Shown in pieces: positions 36,740 to 46,079 of a stretch of 46,079 nucleotides of DNA (positions are counted from its first letter, which is position 1; each line of letters opens with the position of its first letter). Origin of the DNA: an uncultured Loktanella sp. GTDB taxonomy: Bacteria > Pseudomonadota > Alphaproteobacteria > Rhodobacterales > Rhodobacteraceae. Both the position numbers and the translations under genes were made by a program. The stretch is taken from positions 1 through 46,079 of the forward strand of contig CAJXTP010000001.1 in assembly GCA_913061335.1 (NCBI GenBank), given 5' to 3'. The notes beneath the pieces are model-generated. The model worked only from the letters and a program-made list of their open reading frames with translations, made no database searches and was not told the DNA's origin.

Positions 36740-37816
36740 ATGACCCCCACATCTGAACCTGAACTCAGCGACATGATCAAAGCCGCAACTGGCCCGCTGC
36801 GCATTGTTGGCGGCGGCACCCGGCCCATTGGTCATGTTGTGGGCGAGGCCCTATCGACCGCCGCATTATCCGGGATCACGCTGCACGAACCGGGCGCCCT
36901 GACACTGGTCGCGCGCGCAGGCACGCCCGTCGCCGAAATCGAGGCGACGCTCGCGACCCAAAATCAACGCCTTGCGTTTGAACCCATGGACCACCGCGCA
37001 TTGATGGGGACCACCGGACAGCCAACAATCGGTGGCGTTGTGGCCGCAAACATTTCTGGCCCACGCCGGATATCGGTCGGTGCCTGCCGCGATTTCATGC
37101 TCGGCGTGCGCTTCGTCGACGGATCAGGCAACATCGTCAAAAACGGGGGCCGCGTGATGAAAAACGTTACGGGCTATGACTTGGTTAAGTTGATGGCAGG
37201 GGCCTACGGCACGCTTGGCGTCCTGACCGAAGTATCTTTCAAAGTGCTACCAGCAGTCGAAGCCCAAACAACACTGACCCTGTCAAACCTCGACGACACG
37301 ACAGCAATTCGGGCGATGTCAGCAGCCCTCGGATCGCCTTTTGAGGTCACAGGCGTGGCACATGATCCGACGCAAGCCCTCACCCATTTCAGGCTTGAAG
37401 GATTCGCCGCATCCGTGGCCTACCGCGCCGACGCATTGTCAAAATTGCTCGCACCATTTGGAACCATGCAAGAAACGAAAGGCGACTGGGCCGCGATCCG
37501 TGACGTCACCGCATTTGCGGGCAAATCAGGCGACGTGTGGCGCATATCCGTCAAGCCATCAGACGCGGCGGCACTGGTCGCAAAGATCGGCGCAGACACG
37601 GTTCAATACGATTGGGGCGGCGGGCTTATCTGGGCACTTTGCCCCGCAGGAACAGATGTGCGGACAGCGATGAACAGCACCGCAGGACACGCGACATTGA
37701 TCCGTGGAACAGGCCAAACATTCCACCCCGAACCAGCACCATTGGCAGCCATTTCCACAGGGCTTCGGACCAAATTTGACCCACGCGGCATACTCAACAC
37801 AGGGATCATGGGCTGA
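36740..37816 (+). CDS. glcE: Glycolate oxidase FAD-binding subunit GlcE
   Basis: LAFEP, TIGGVVA, GGRVMKNVTGYDL, YDWGGGL, KFDPRGILN. Confidence 0.93.
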   Translation: MTPTSEPELSDMIKAATGPLRIVGGGTRPIGHVVGEALSTAALSGITLHEPGALTLVARAGTPVAEIEATLATQNQRLAFEPMDHRALMGTTGQPTIGGVVAANISGPRRISVGACRDFMLGVRFVDGSGNIVKNGGRVMKNVTGYDLVKLMAGAYGTLGVLTEVSFKVLPAVEAQTTLTLSNLDDTTAIRAMSAALGSPFEVTGVAHDPTQALTHFRLEGFAASVAYRADALSKLLAPFGTMQETKGDWAAIRDVTAFAGKSGDVWRISVKPSDAAALVAKIGADTVQYDWGGGLIWALCPAGTDVRTAMNSTAGHATLIRGTGQTFHPEPAPLAAISTGLRTKFDPRGILNTGIMG

Positions 37817-39132
37817 TGCAAACGACATTCACACCTGAACAGCTCACCGATCCAGGGACCAAGCGGGCCAACGACATTTTGCGGGCCTGCGTGCACTGCG
37901 GGTTTTGTACGGCCACCTGCCCGACCTACCAGATTTTGGGCGACGAACTTGATAGCCCACGGGGGCGAATTTACCTGATCAAAGACATGCTGGAAAACGA
38001 ACGGGTCCCCGATGAAAAAACGGTCAAACATATCGACCGGTGCCTGTCGTGCCTTGCGTGTATGACGACCTGCCCGTCTGGGGTGCACTACATGCATCTG
38101 GTCGATCACGCGCGCGCATACATCGAACAAAACTACAAAAGACCGCTGTCAGACAGGGTGCTACGCTGGGTTCTGGCACGCATCCTACCCTATCCGACAC
38201 GGTTCCGGCTTGCCTTGCTGGGTGCCAAAATGGGGCGGCCATTTGCACGGTTCATCCCCGACCAACGACTGCGCGCGATGATCGAAATGGCGCCAAAGGT
38301 GATCCCACCCGTGTCACGCAACGACGATCCGCAAACGTTCCATGTGGCCGATAAAAAGATGCGTGTGGCCCTGATGACCGGCTGTGCGCAGCGGGCGCTC
38401 AACACCGATATCAACGACGCCACAATCCGGCTTTTGACGCGGCTCGGGGCCGAAGTTGTGATCCCCAAAGGGCAAGGCTGCTGCGGCGCACTGACCCACC
38501 ACATGGGCAAAGAATCCGAAAGCCACGCGACGGCAGCCAAAAACATCCGTGCTTGGGCCATTGAGATGGACGCAGGGCTCGACGCGATCGTGATCAATAC
38601 CTCCGGCTGCGGGACAACTGTGAAAGACTACGGGCATATGTTCCGCAATTCCGACCTAGCCGCAGACGCAGCACGGGTATCGGCCATCGCGCTGGACGTG
38701 TCCGAAGTCCTCATGAAACTCGACCTGCCCGAAGGCGGCGCAAAAGACACCAAAGTTGCCTATCACGCGGCCTGCTCGTTGCAACACGGCCAACAGATTA
38801 AAATGCACCCCAAAACGCTGCTGAAAAAAGCAGGCTTCACGGTACTAGAACCAGCAGACAGCCACCTTTGCTGTGGGTCCGCAGGCACCTATAATCTGAT
38901 GCAGCCCGAAATCTCGGGGCAACTGCGGAACCGCAAAGTGCAAACCCTTGAAGCCCTGCAGCCCGATATCATCGCGGCGGGTAACATCGGCTGCATGATG
39001 CAAATCGGGTCAGCGACAGACACGCCCATCGTTCACACCGTCGAATTGCTTGATTGGGCGACAGGGGGCCCGCGACCCGCTGGACTGGACCGAAACGGCG
39101 CGCAAACTCCACAGGTGCCAATCTTGCGCTAA
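37816..39132 (+). CDS. glcF: Glycolate oxidase iron-sulfur subunit GlcF
   Basis: CVHCGFCTATCP and CLSCLACMTTCP 4Fe-4S motifs plus two CCG domains. Confidence 0.95.
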   Translation: MQTTFTPEQLTDPGTKRANDILRACVHCGFCTATCPTYQILGDELDSPRGRIYLIKDMLENERVPDEKTVKHIDRCLSCLACMTTCPSGVHYMHLVDHARAYIEQNYKRPLSDRVLRWVLARILPYPTRFRLALLGAKMGRPFARFIPDQRLRAMIEMAPKVIPPVSRNDDPQTFHVADKKMRVALMTGCAQRALNTDINDATIRLLTRLGAEVVIPKGQGCCGALTHHMGKESESHATAAKNIRAWAIEMDAGLDAIVINTSGCGTTVKDYGHMFRNSDLAADAARVSAIALDVSEVLMKLDLPEGGAKDTKVAYHAACSLQHGQQIKMHPKTLLKKAGFTVLEPADSHLCCGSAGTYNLMQPEISGQLRNRKVQTLEALQPDIIAAGNIGCMMQIGSATDTPIVHTVELLDWATGGPRPAGLDRNGAQTPQVPILR

Positions 39133-39190
39133 TGCCATACTATTGCCGCAAGCGCGGACAATAACCGCGCAAACGACCACGGGGATACGG

Positions 39191-39982
39191 ATGCGGTTTC
39201 TAGCAGTCATCATTGCACTATTGGCTACACCGCCAGCACTGGCCCAAGACAGCCGGCTGGTGACGCTGGAAACACGCGACGCCAGCAAAGGCTGGGAAGG
39301 GGTCGGCAGGCTCGACATATCGGGCAAAGGGTTCTGCACCGCAGCCTTGATAGAACCGCGCATTATCCTGACGGCGGCGCACTGCCTGTTCGACATCGAC
39401 AACACACCCATTTTGGCCAACCGCTTTACATTCGAGGCAGGGCTGCGAGATGGAAGAGCCGCGGCATCGCGCAATATTACACGCATTCTGGCGCATCCTG
39501 ATTACGTGCCCGGCGGACCAAGCACAGGCACCTCCGAGGTGGTGAACGACATCGCGATCTTGGAACTGGACCAACCCATTCGCGACGGACGGATCAAACC
39601 ATATCCGATCGCAAACCACCCCCAAACCGGCGATGAAATCGGCATTGTATCCTATGGAAAAGATCGGGCCAACGCGCCTAGTCTGCAAGAATCTTGCAGC
39701 GTCATGTCGCGCCAGGACGGGGTCCTATTAATGAGCTGCGACGTGGCCTTTGGGTCATCTGGCGCACCTGTGTTCCGGTTGCGCGACGGACAGTTCGAAA
39801 TCGTGTCAGTCGTCTCTGCAATGGCCGAAGTAGACGGCAAAATCATCTCTATCGGCACATCGCTACAGCAACCGCTTGCCACGCTCTTGACCAGTTTTGC
39901 AAGCCAAGGCACGGGCGGCGCGCGCAATATCATCGTCAACGGTCAACGCGGCGAAGGCGGCGCCAAATTCGTGCGGCCCTAG
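39191..39982 (+). CDS. Secreted trypsin-like (V8-type) serine protease
   Basis: Signal peptide MRFLAVIIALLATPPALA; catalytic triad TAAHC / NDIAIL / GSSGAP. Confidence 0.9.
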   Translation: MRFLAVIIALLATPPALAQDSRLVTLETRDASKGWEGVGRLDISGKGFCTAALIEPRIILTAAHCLFDIDNTPILANRFTFEAGLRDGRAAASRNITRILAHPDYVPGGPSTGTSEVVNDIAILELDQPIRDGRIKPYPIANHPQTGDEIGIVSYGKDRANAPSLQESCSVMSRQDGVLLMSCDVAFGSSGAPVFRLRDGQFEIVSVVSAMAEVDGKIISIGTSLQQPLATLLTSFASQGTGGARNIIVNGQRGEGGAKFVRP

Positions 39983-40028
39983 GCTTGCTTGATTAGAAAT
40001 CACATGAAAATCCGCAGCCCCATCGCCC

Positions 40029-40057
40029 CTTGAAACCGTAATTCATCATCCCCAAGT
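40029..40057 (+). promoter_or_regulatory. RpoH (sigma32) promoter of ibpA
   Basis: CTTGAA-N15-CCCCAAGT upstream of a small heat-shock gene. Confidence 0.7.
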
Positions 40058-40064
40058 ATTTGAT

Positions 40065-40155
40065 ATGGATGCCTCAACAGGGTCCATAATCAAAACGGCC
40101 TGTCCAATACCGGAAGGCCAAACACTTGTTATCGCTTGATAAAGGATGACCCATG
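40065..40155 (+). ncRNA. ROSE-like RNA thermometer in the ibpA 5' UTR
   Basis: Two upstream hairpins (40065-40087, 40097-40119) and a final hairpin where UCGCU (40132-40136) faces SD AGGA (40143-40146), the ROSE hallmark. Confidence 0.7.
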
Positions 40156-40620
40156 CGTACTCTTGATTTGACACCACTTTACCGTGCAACCGTTGGCTTC
40201 GACCAGATCGCCGATCTGATGGATCGGACGCTTGCGAGCGACGCAAACAACACCAGCTATCCGCCTTACAACATTGAAAAGACCGATGATGACGCATGGC
40301 GCATCTCTATTGCGGTCGCTGGTTTTGGCGAAAATGATCTGGCCATTGAGGTCAAAGATCGCGGACTTCACGTCACCGCGCGCAAGGCCGATGACGATGC
40401 GGCCAAAACCTACCTGCACCGCGGCATCGCAACCCGTGCATTTGAACGGCGGTTCCAACTAGCCGAACACGTGCGCGTCACAGGGGCAGCCCATGAAAAC
40501 GGTATGTTGCACATTGATTTGGTCCGCGAAGTGCCCGAGGCGCTGAAACCCCGCCAGATCAAAATTGCATCAGCGGCGCAAACCGATGCCAATCTGATCT
40601 CAGAAAAATCCGTCAACTAA
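40153..40620 (+). CDS. ibpA: Small heat-shock protein (Hsp20)
   Basis: DLTPLYRATVGFD, YPPYNIE, AVAGF, YLHRGIA.RAFERRF, NGMLHIDL.REVPE. Confidence 0.95.
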   Translation: MRTLDLTPLYRATVGFDQIADLMDRTLASDANNTSYPPYNIEKTDDDAWRISIAVAGFGENDLAIEVKDRGLHVTARKADDDAAKTYLHRGIATRAFERRFQLAEHVRVTGAAHENGMLHIDLVREVPEALKPRQIKIASAAQTDANLISEKSVN

Positions 40621-40626
40621 CACGAC

Positions 40627-40655
40627 AAAGGGCAGGCAACACCGCCTGCCCTTTT
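40627..40655 (+). terminator. Rho-independent, likely bidirectional, terminator after ibpA
   Basis: AAAGGGCAGGC-aacacc-GCCTGCCCTTTT. Confidence 0.85.
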
Positions 40656-40660
40656 CAGTT

Positions 40661-40687
40661 TTGCGTAGGATGGGTTTTAACCCATCA
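40661..40687 (+). repeat. GTAG-family REP palindrome, copy 3
   Basis: TTGCGTAGGATGGGTTTTAACCCATCA, 3 nt from the polA stop. Confidence 0.85.
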
Positions 40688-40690
40688 TGC

Positions 40691-43495
40691 TTAATGCGCC
40701 TCGGCCCAGCTCGCGCCCTGCCCCGCATCCACAACCAATTTCACGTCCAGCTTCACCGCCGGATCAGACGCATTTTCCATGACGCCGCGGGCGGCAACAA
40801 TCAGATCATCCGCAGCATCTGCATTCACTTCAAAGATCAATTCATCGTGGACCTGCAACAGCATCTTGGCCGGAATATTCGCGATAGCATCGGGCATACG
40901 GATCATCGCACGGCGAATAACATCCGCCGCCGTGCCCTGAATAGGGGCGTTAATCGCGGCCCGCTTGGCAAAGCCAGCCTGCGGTCCCTTGGCATTAATC
41001 TCGGGCGTATTGATCCGACGTCCAAACAACGTCTCGACATAATCGTGGTCCTTAGCGAACTGCACCGTTTGATCCATATATGTGCGAATGCCCGGAAAGC
41101 GTTCGAAATAACGATCAATGAATCCCTGCGCTTCTTTGCGCGGTATCCGCAAATTCCGCGCCAGCCCAAACCCTGAAATCCCGTAAATCACACCAAAGTT
41201 AATCGCTTTGGCCTGACTACGAATATCAGGTGTCATGTCTTCCAGCGGCACATCAAACATTTCCGATGCGGTCTGCGCGTGAATATCCACGCCGTCCTTA
41301 AACGCCTGCTTTAGCGCATCAATCTTTGCAACATGCGCCAAAATTCGCAGCTCAATCTGGCTGTAATCCAAGCTGACCAGCACCTTGCCTTCATCGGCAA
41401 TAAACGCCTCGCGAATACGGCGGCCTTCTTCGGACCGGACCGGAATATTCTGCAAATTCGGGTCCGTCGACGCAAGCCGCCCCGTGTTGGCCCCAGCAAT
41501 CGAATACGACGTATGCACGCGGCCGGTCTCGGCGTTGATATGTTCTTGCAGCGCATCGGTGTACGTCGATTTCAGCTTGGCCAACTGACGCCAATCCAAA
41601 ATCAGACGCGGCAAATCATGGATCGTCGCAAGGTCTTCGAGCACGTCAGCGCCCGTCGAATATGCGCCCGTTTTGCCCGTTGATGGCTTCTTGCCATCCG
41701 GCATCTCAAGACCCATTTCGTCGAACAATATCTCGCCCAACTGCTTGGGGGATGCGACGTTAAACGGCCGACCGACTATCTCGTGAATGCCCGCCTCAAG
41801 CCCCGCCATTTTCTGCGCAAACGAATTCGACATCCGGCTCAGCGCATCGCGGTCCACCTTAACCCCGTGCATTTCCATCTGGGCGAGCACAGGCACCAGC
41901 GGACGCTCCAACGTCTCGTAAACAGTGGTGACTTTCTTGGTATGCAACAACGGCTTGAACATCTGCCAAAGGCGCAGCGTGATATCAGCATCCTCGGCTG
42001 CATATTTCACCGCATCATCAATCGGCACACGGTCAAACGTGATCGCAGATTTGCCCGCGCCCAACAGCGGCTTAATCGGAATAGGCGTATGACCAAGATA
42101 CCGCTGCGACAGCAAATCCATGCCATGATTATGTAAACCACCATGCATCGCATAAGACATCAACATCGTGTCATCGATCGGATCAACAGCGACACCAACA
42201 CGCGCAAAAATCTTGGAATCGTATTTCATATTCTGCCCGATTTTCAGGATGCCTTCGTCCTGCAACATCGGCTTTAACATTGCGATGCAGACGTCAAAAT
42301 CCATCTGACCTTCAGCACGGGCATCGGACCCAAACAGATCATCTTGGGCGGCGGCCTTATGGGTCAACGGAATGTAACACGCCTGACCAGCCTCAACACA
42401 TAACGACACCCCAACCAACTCGGCGCGCATTTCATTCAACGCAGTCGTTTCCGTATCAACGGCAACATACCCACGGGCATAAATCCGGTCGATCCAAACC
42501 TGCAACGCGGCGACGTCACTGACCTTTTCATAAGCACCAGAATCGAACGGAGCCGCCTCAACAGCCCCCGCAGGTGCGGCATCTTCAATCTCGGGTGCAG
42601 CTGCACCAAACCTGTCCGCCACGCGCTTTATAATCGTGCGAAATTCCATCTTGACCAAGAACGCCAACAAGTCCTCTGGAACAGCATCTTTGACCTCAAG
42701 ACTGTCCAAATCAAACGGCAAATCCATCGCGCAATCAAGACTAACCAACCGCTTTGACAGCTCAATCTGGGCACGGTTATTAATCAGGCTTTCGCGGCGC
42801 TTTGGTTGCTTAATTTCGCCTGCACGGTCCAACAATGTCTCAAGATCACCGTACTCGTTGATCAACAATGCAGCCGTCTTAATCCCAATTCCAGGCGCTC
42901 CGGGCACGTTATCAACGCTATCGCCAGCCAGTGCCTGCACATCCACAACACGCTCAGGCCCAACACCAAATTTTTCATGCACACCGTCAGTATCGATGAT
43001 CTTATTCTTCATCGGATCAAGCATCTCAACGCCGCCACCAACAAGCTGCATCAAATCCTTATCGGACGACAAAATCGTGACACGACCACCAGCATCGCGG
43101 CCCTGATGGGCAAGGGTGGCGATGATGTCATCGGCCTCAAACCCTTCGATTTCTTCGCAAGCAATGTTAAACGCGCGGGTCGCCTCGCGGGTCAGGGGCA
43201 TCTGCGGGCGCAAATCCTCAGGCATCGCATCGCGGTTCGCTTTATACAGGTCATACATGTCATTGCGAAACGTATGGCTGCCCTTGTCGAAAATCACGGC
43301 AACGTGGGTCGGGGCATCGGCGCCAGTATTGCCCTGCAAATACCGCTGCAACATGTTCACAAACCCGCTGACAGCGCCCACAGGCAATCCATCCGACTTG
43401 CGGGTAAGCGGAGGCAACGCATGATAAGCACGGAAAATATACGCCGAGCCATCAATCAGATGCAGATGGCACCCTTTGCCGAATTTCTGTGTCAT
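40691..43495 (-). CDS. polA: DNA polymerase I
   Basis: 5' exonuclease (LIDGSAYIFRAYH, EADDII), intact 3'-5' exonuclease motifs (DTET, NMKYD, YAAED), polymerase motifs DYSQIELR, KAINFG, QVHDEL. Confidence 0.98.
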   Translation of the reverse strand: MTQKFGKGCHLHLIDGSAYIFRAYHALPPLTRKSDGLPVGAVSGFVNMLQRYLQGNTGADAPTHVAVIFDKGSHTFRNDMYDLYKANRDAMPEDLRPQMPLTREATRAFNIACEEIEGFEADDIIATLAHQGRDAGGRVTILSSDKDLMQLVGGGVEMLDPMKNKIIDTDGVHEKFGVGPERVVDVQALAGDSVDNVPGAPGIGIKTAALLINEYGDLETLLDRAGEIKQPKRRESLINNRAQIELSKRLVSLDCAMDLPFDLDSLEVKDAVPEDLLAFLVKMEFRTIIKRVADRFGAAAPEIEDAAPAGAVEAAPFDSGAYEKVSDVAALQVWIDRIYARGYVAVDTETTALNEMRAELVGVSLCVEAGQACYIPLTHKAAAQDDLFGSDARAEGQMDFDVCIAMLKPMLQDEGILKIGQNMKYDSKIFARVGVAVDPIDDTMLMSYAMHGGLHNHGMDLLSQRYLGHTPIPIKPLLGAGKSAITFDRVPIDDAVKYAAEDADITLRLWQMFKPLLHTKKVTTVYETLERPLVPVLAQMEMHGVKVDRDALSRMSNSFAQKMAGLEAGIHEIVGRPFNVASPKQLGEILFDEMGLEMPDGKKPSTGKTGAYSTGADVLEDLATIHDLPRLILDWRQLAKLKSTYTDALQEHINAETGRVHTSYSIAGANTGRLASTDPNLQNIPVRSEEGRRIREAFIADEGKVLVSLDYSQIELRILAHVAKIDALKQAFKDGVDIHAQTASEMFDVPLEDMTPDIRSQAKAINFGVIYGISGFGLARNLRIPRKEAQGFIDRYFERFPGIRTYMDQTVQFAKDHDYVETLFGRRINTPEINAKGPQAGFAKRAAINAPIQGTAADVIRRAMIRMPDAIANIPAKMLLQVHDELIFEVNADAADDLIVAARGVMENASDPAVKLDVKLVVDAGQGASWAEAH

Positions 43496-43554
43496 GTAAG
43501 GCCCCCAAAATCAGATTGGGGGTAAAGTGCCACCAATCGGGGGCAACCGCCAGA

Positions 43555-43731
43555 TCAGACTTTGCCTTCAAAGTCCTTGTGGACCAGCTTTGCATCGCAA
43601 TACGGGCATTCAACCCAGCCATGTTCACCAGGGATTTGCAACCAAACGCGTGGGTGACCAGACGCGCCGCCACCATCACAGACCACGCGGTACTCGTTTA
43701 CAATATGGATTTCTGGGTCGGGTGTGGTCAT
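43555..43731 (-). CDS. zf-CHCC zinc-finger protein (NDUFS6/NUMM-like)
   Basis: VVCDG...GHPRVWL...VECPYC; SD AGGA upstream of ATG 43731. Confidence 0.9.
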   Translation of the reverse strand: MTTPDPEIHIVNEYRVVCDGGGASGHPRVWLQIPGEHGWVECPYCDAKLVHKDFEGKV

Positions 43732-43813
43732 ATCCGGTCCTGTCTGGTTGCCGCGAGCCATTGCCCGCCTTACATACCCATAACACAAGCCACACAGGCT
43801 AGGAAAGACGCAC

Positions 43814-44740
43814 ATGACACCCAATGCTATCGAAATTTCTGGCCTGAAAAAGACCTACGCAGCCACTGGTAAATCCGACGCCAAAACGGCCCTGCACGGG
43901 ATCGATCTGAACATTCCACGCGGCACAATCTTTGGGCTGCTGGGACCAAACGGGGCGGGAAAATCGACGCTGATTAATATCCTCGCGGGGCTCGTCACCA
44001 AATCCGCTGGGTCCGTGAAAATCTGGGGCTTTGACCAAGACACCAACCCACGGCAATCGCGGGCTTCCATTGGGATCATGCCACAAGAACCGCATCTCGA
44101 TCCGTTTTTCACGCCCGCAGGGTCTTTGGACGTGCAAGCCGGACTGTACGGCGTGCCAAAATCCCAGCGCAAAACCGCAGAAATCCTCGAACTGATCGGC
44201 CTAACGGATAAGGCAAACGCCCACTCGCGGTCGCTTTCTGGCGGTATGCGGCGGCGGCTTCTGCTCGGCAAAGCACTGGTGCATTCGCCGCAAATTCTTG
44301 TGCTTGATGAACCCACCGCAGGCGTCGACATCGCGCTGCGCAACATGCTGTGGGACAATGTACGCGAAATGAATGCGGCTGGTGTGACGATCATCCTGAC
44401 CACGCATTACCTAGAAGAAGCCGAGGCAATCTGCGGCGAAATCGGCATCATCAACCACGGCAAATTGATCGTGCGGGACAGCACCGAAAACCTGCTCGGG
44501 CGGCTTGACCATAAAACGCTCGTGATCACACCTGCGCGCGACAGCACCTTGCCCGCGCTACCGGCCACGATCACTGGGGCCAAACGAGACAACGGGCAAC
44601 TGACCTTCACCTATCAGTCCAGCATCACCAGCGCGGACGCGGTGCTCGACCTGATCCGAAATGCGAAGATCGAAATCAAAGACATCACAACCGAACAATC
44701 CGACCTCGAAGACGTCTTCTTGGCCCTCACCAAAAATTAG
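43814..44740 (+). CDS. ABC-2 type transporter ATP-binding protein (YadG-like)
   Basis: [30 protein letters not shown]-terminal DLEDVF. Confidence 0.95.
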   Translation: MTPNAIEISGLKKTYAATGKSDAKTALHGIDLNIPRGTIFGLLGPNGAGKSTLINILAGLVTKSAGSVKIWGFDQDTNPRQSRASIGIMPQEPHLDPFFTPAGSLDVQAGLYGVPKSQRKTAEILELIGLTDKANAHSRSLSGGMRRRLLLGKALVHSPQILVLDEPTAGVDIALRNMLWDNVREMNAAGVTIILTTHYLEEAEAICGEIGIINHGKLIVRDSTENLLGRLDHKTLVITPARDSTLPALPATITGAKRDNGQLTFTYQSSITSADAVLDLIRNAKIEIKDITTEQSDLEDVFLALTKN

Positions 44741-44748
44741 CCGCGCGC

Positions 44749-45111
44749 CTATTTCGGCAACATACGCCCCAACTGCTGACCGCCAATAATATGCATGTGA
44801 AAATGCGGCACGTCCTGCACGCCGTGGGCACGTGTGTTGGCAATGGCGCGGAACCCTGCATCGACGCCTGTAACGGCACAAACTTCGGCCACAGCGGCAA
44901 AGAAACCAATTTGCTCTTCGGGGCTGGCATCACGCGCGAAATGATCCAAACTGACATATGGCCCCTTGGGGATCACCAGCACATGCACCGCAGCCTGTGG
45001 GACAATATCGTTGAACGCCAACGCATGGTCATTCTCAAACACTGTCGCATTCGGGATTTCGCCGCGTAGTATTTTGGCAAAGATATTCAGGTCATCATAA
45101 TCAAACGTCAT
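44749..45111 (-). CDS. HIT (histidine triad) nucleotide-binding protein
   Basis: NIFAKILRGEIP, HVLVIPK, QDVPHFHMHIIGG. Confidence 0.93.
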   Translation of the reverse strand: MTFDYDDLNIFAKILRGEIPNATVFENDHALAFNDIVPQAAVHVLVIPKGPYVSLDHFARDASPEEQIGFFAAVAEVCAVTGVDAGFRAIANTRAHGVQDVPHFHMHIIGGQQLGRMLPK

Positions 45112-45122
45112 CAGGCAGGCCT

Positions 45123-46033
45123 TTAGTCAACAAATAAGTGAGGTGTTTGGGCGATCTGGCGGGCGGTTTCATCGTCGACAGACAGAAAACGGGCAATCGG
45201 GTGTGCATTGTCCTGAGGGCTAGCCTGCTCGACGATACGGCCATAATTCTCGAAACCCGCATCACGAATGCGGTCGCTTTCAAACAGCACGTCATAACGG
45301 ATCGTGGGCAATAACTGGGCCAACGTCTCATCCGAAGTCTGATCGCCAGCAAGCCCGACACGGCGGGCGTGACCGGCCAGATACTCATCCGTCAAACCAC
45401 ACTCGATTTCCAATAATTTTGTCGTCGATCGGTCCGAAAAGAAATCCTGCATCAAATCAAGGCTGGCAGTATCAAGACAAATAATCAGACGGTCAGTGTC
45501 GTAATAATCGAACAACACCCGCATCAAAGCACGGCGGTGCCTCGTGCGCTTTTCCAGATTGGACTGGATACCACCAAGGTCCGGCAAAGACGCGTCTTGT
45601 TCGTCAAACAAATACTCAATCGTCGGAATATCAGTGTGATGGCGGATAGCCCCGACAAGGCGCTTGGCAACATGCCATTTTTTGCACGCCACAATCAAAA
45701 GCTCGCGTTCACGACCCAGCGATGTTTCGGATTCCCAGAATCGGGATGCAAACCTGCGGCCAATGCGGCCACGACCACTCAGGAACTTGAACAACCCGCG
45801 GCCTTTGTTGGACACCTTAAAATCGTCGCGGCCCGACGCATAAAGCTTACCCAAACGGGTCTTCAGCTCGGTTGCCTCGGTGCTAATCTTGCGGGCAAAT
45901 AGGCTGTCTTGGGCCAACAATAAATCGTAATGATCGTTGTAAAACGTCACCGGCATCCCGTAATCGGTAAACATCAAAAACGTCATCGTGCGTGTTTGAA
46001 TTTCGTTAGCAGGGACCAAATGGCGCACAAGCG
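45123..46033 (-). CDS. DUF5928 / core-2-I-branching (GT14) glycosyltransferase-like protein, 5'-truncated
   Basis: TFLMFTDYGMPVTFYNDHYDLL...FARKIS (GT14-like tail), CKKWHVAKR; reading frame is cut by the adapter at 46034. Confidence 0.75.
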
Positions 46034-46079
46034 CTGTCTCTTATACACATCTGACGCTGCCGACGAATAGAGAGGTGTA
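46034..46079 (+). other. Illumina Nextera adapter read-through (sequencing artefact)
   Basis: CTGTCTCTTATACACATCT (mosaic end) + GACGCTGCCGACGA + 8-nt index ATAGAGAG + GTGTA (start of the P5 complement). Confidence 0.99.

Noticed and set aside
35280-39132. glcDEF lacking glcC, glcG and glcB
   Set aside because: This is a common arrangement in Alphaproteobacteria and not unusual.
26058-40687. Repeated 22-27 bp palindrome as a CRISPR repeat
   Set aside because: Copies are kilobases apart, in both orientations, with no spacers or cas genes; they fit REP elements.
46034-46052. Tn5/IS50 mosaic end suggesting a transposon
   Set aside because: It is followed by Illumina adapter and index sequence, with no transposase; a library artefact.

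Overview
A 46 kb chromosomal segment from a marine Rhodobacteraceae (Roseobacter group; a Yoonia/Loktanella-like assignment is inferred from gene content and style). It carries about 38 mostly housekeeping genes: a partial KefB/KefC K+ efflux antiporter, a DUF4153-response regulator-kinase module, rpe, AraC-deoC-ALDH16, an L,D-transpeptidase, creatinase, a DmpA peptidase, gabD, an ECF sigma with a vWA protein, hyi, a MoxR/DUF58/DUF4159 operon, glcDEF, a trypsin-like protease, ibpA, polA, an ABC ATPase, a HIT protein and a truncated DUF5928/GT14 gene. I saw no rRNA, tRNA, CRISPR array or transposase. The last 46 bp are an Illumina Nextera adapter, not genome. The strongest leads are: (1) an ECF sigma / vWA locus where a promoter-like motif upstream of the sigma gene recurs with identical spacing inside the vWA gene, ahead of an internal SD and in-frame ATG, suggesting one gene yields both an anti-sigma and a sigma-induced exported isoform; (2) an uncharacterised, tightly coupled 8-gene operon (TelA-like coiled coil, classic-clade AAA with a DD Walker B, DUF6638, DUF1523, small membrane proteins); (3) a riboswitch-like, mutually exclusive hairpin leader before creatinase; (4) GTAG-type REP palindromes that supply stop codons of convergent genes. 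Family names come from motif recognition, not database searches.
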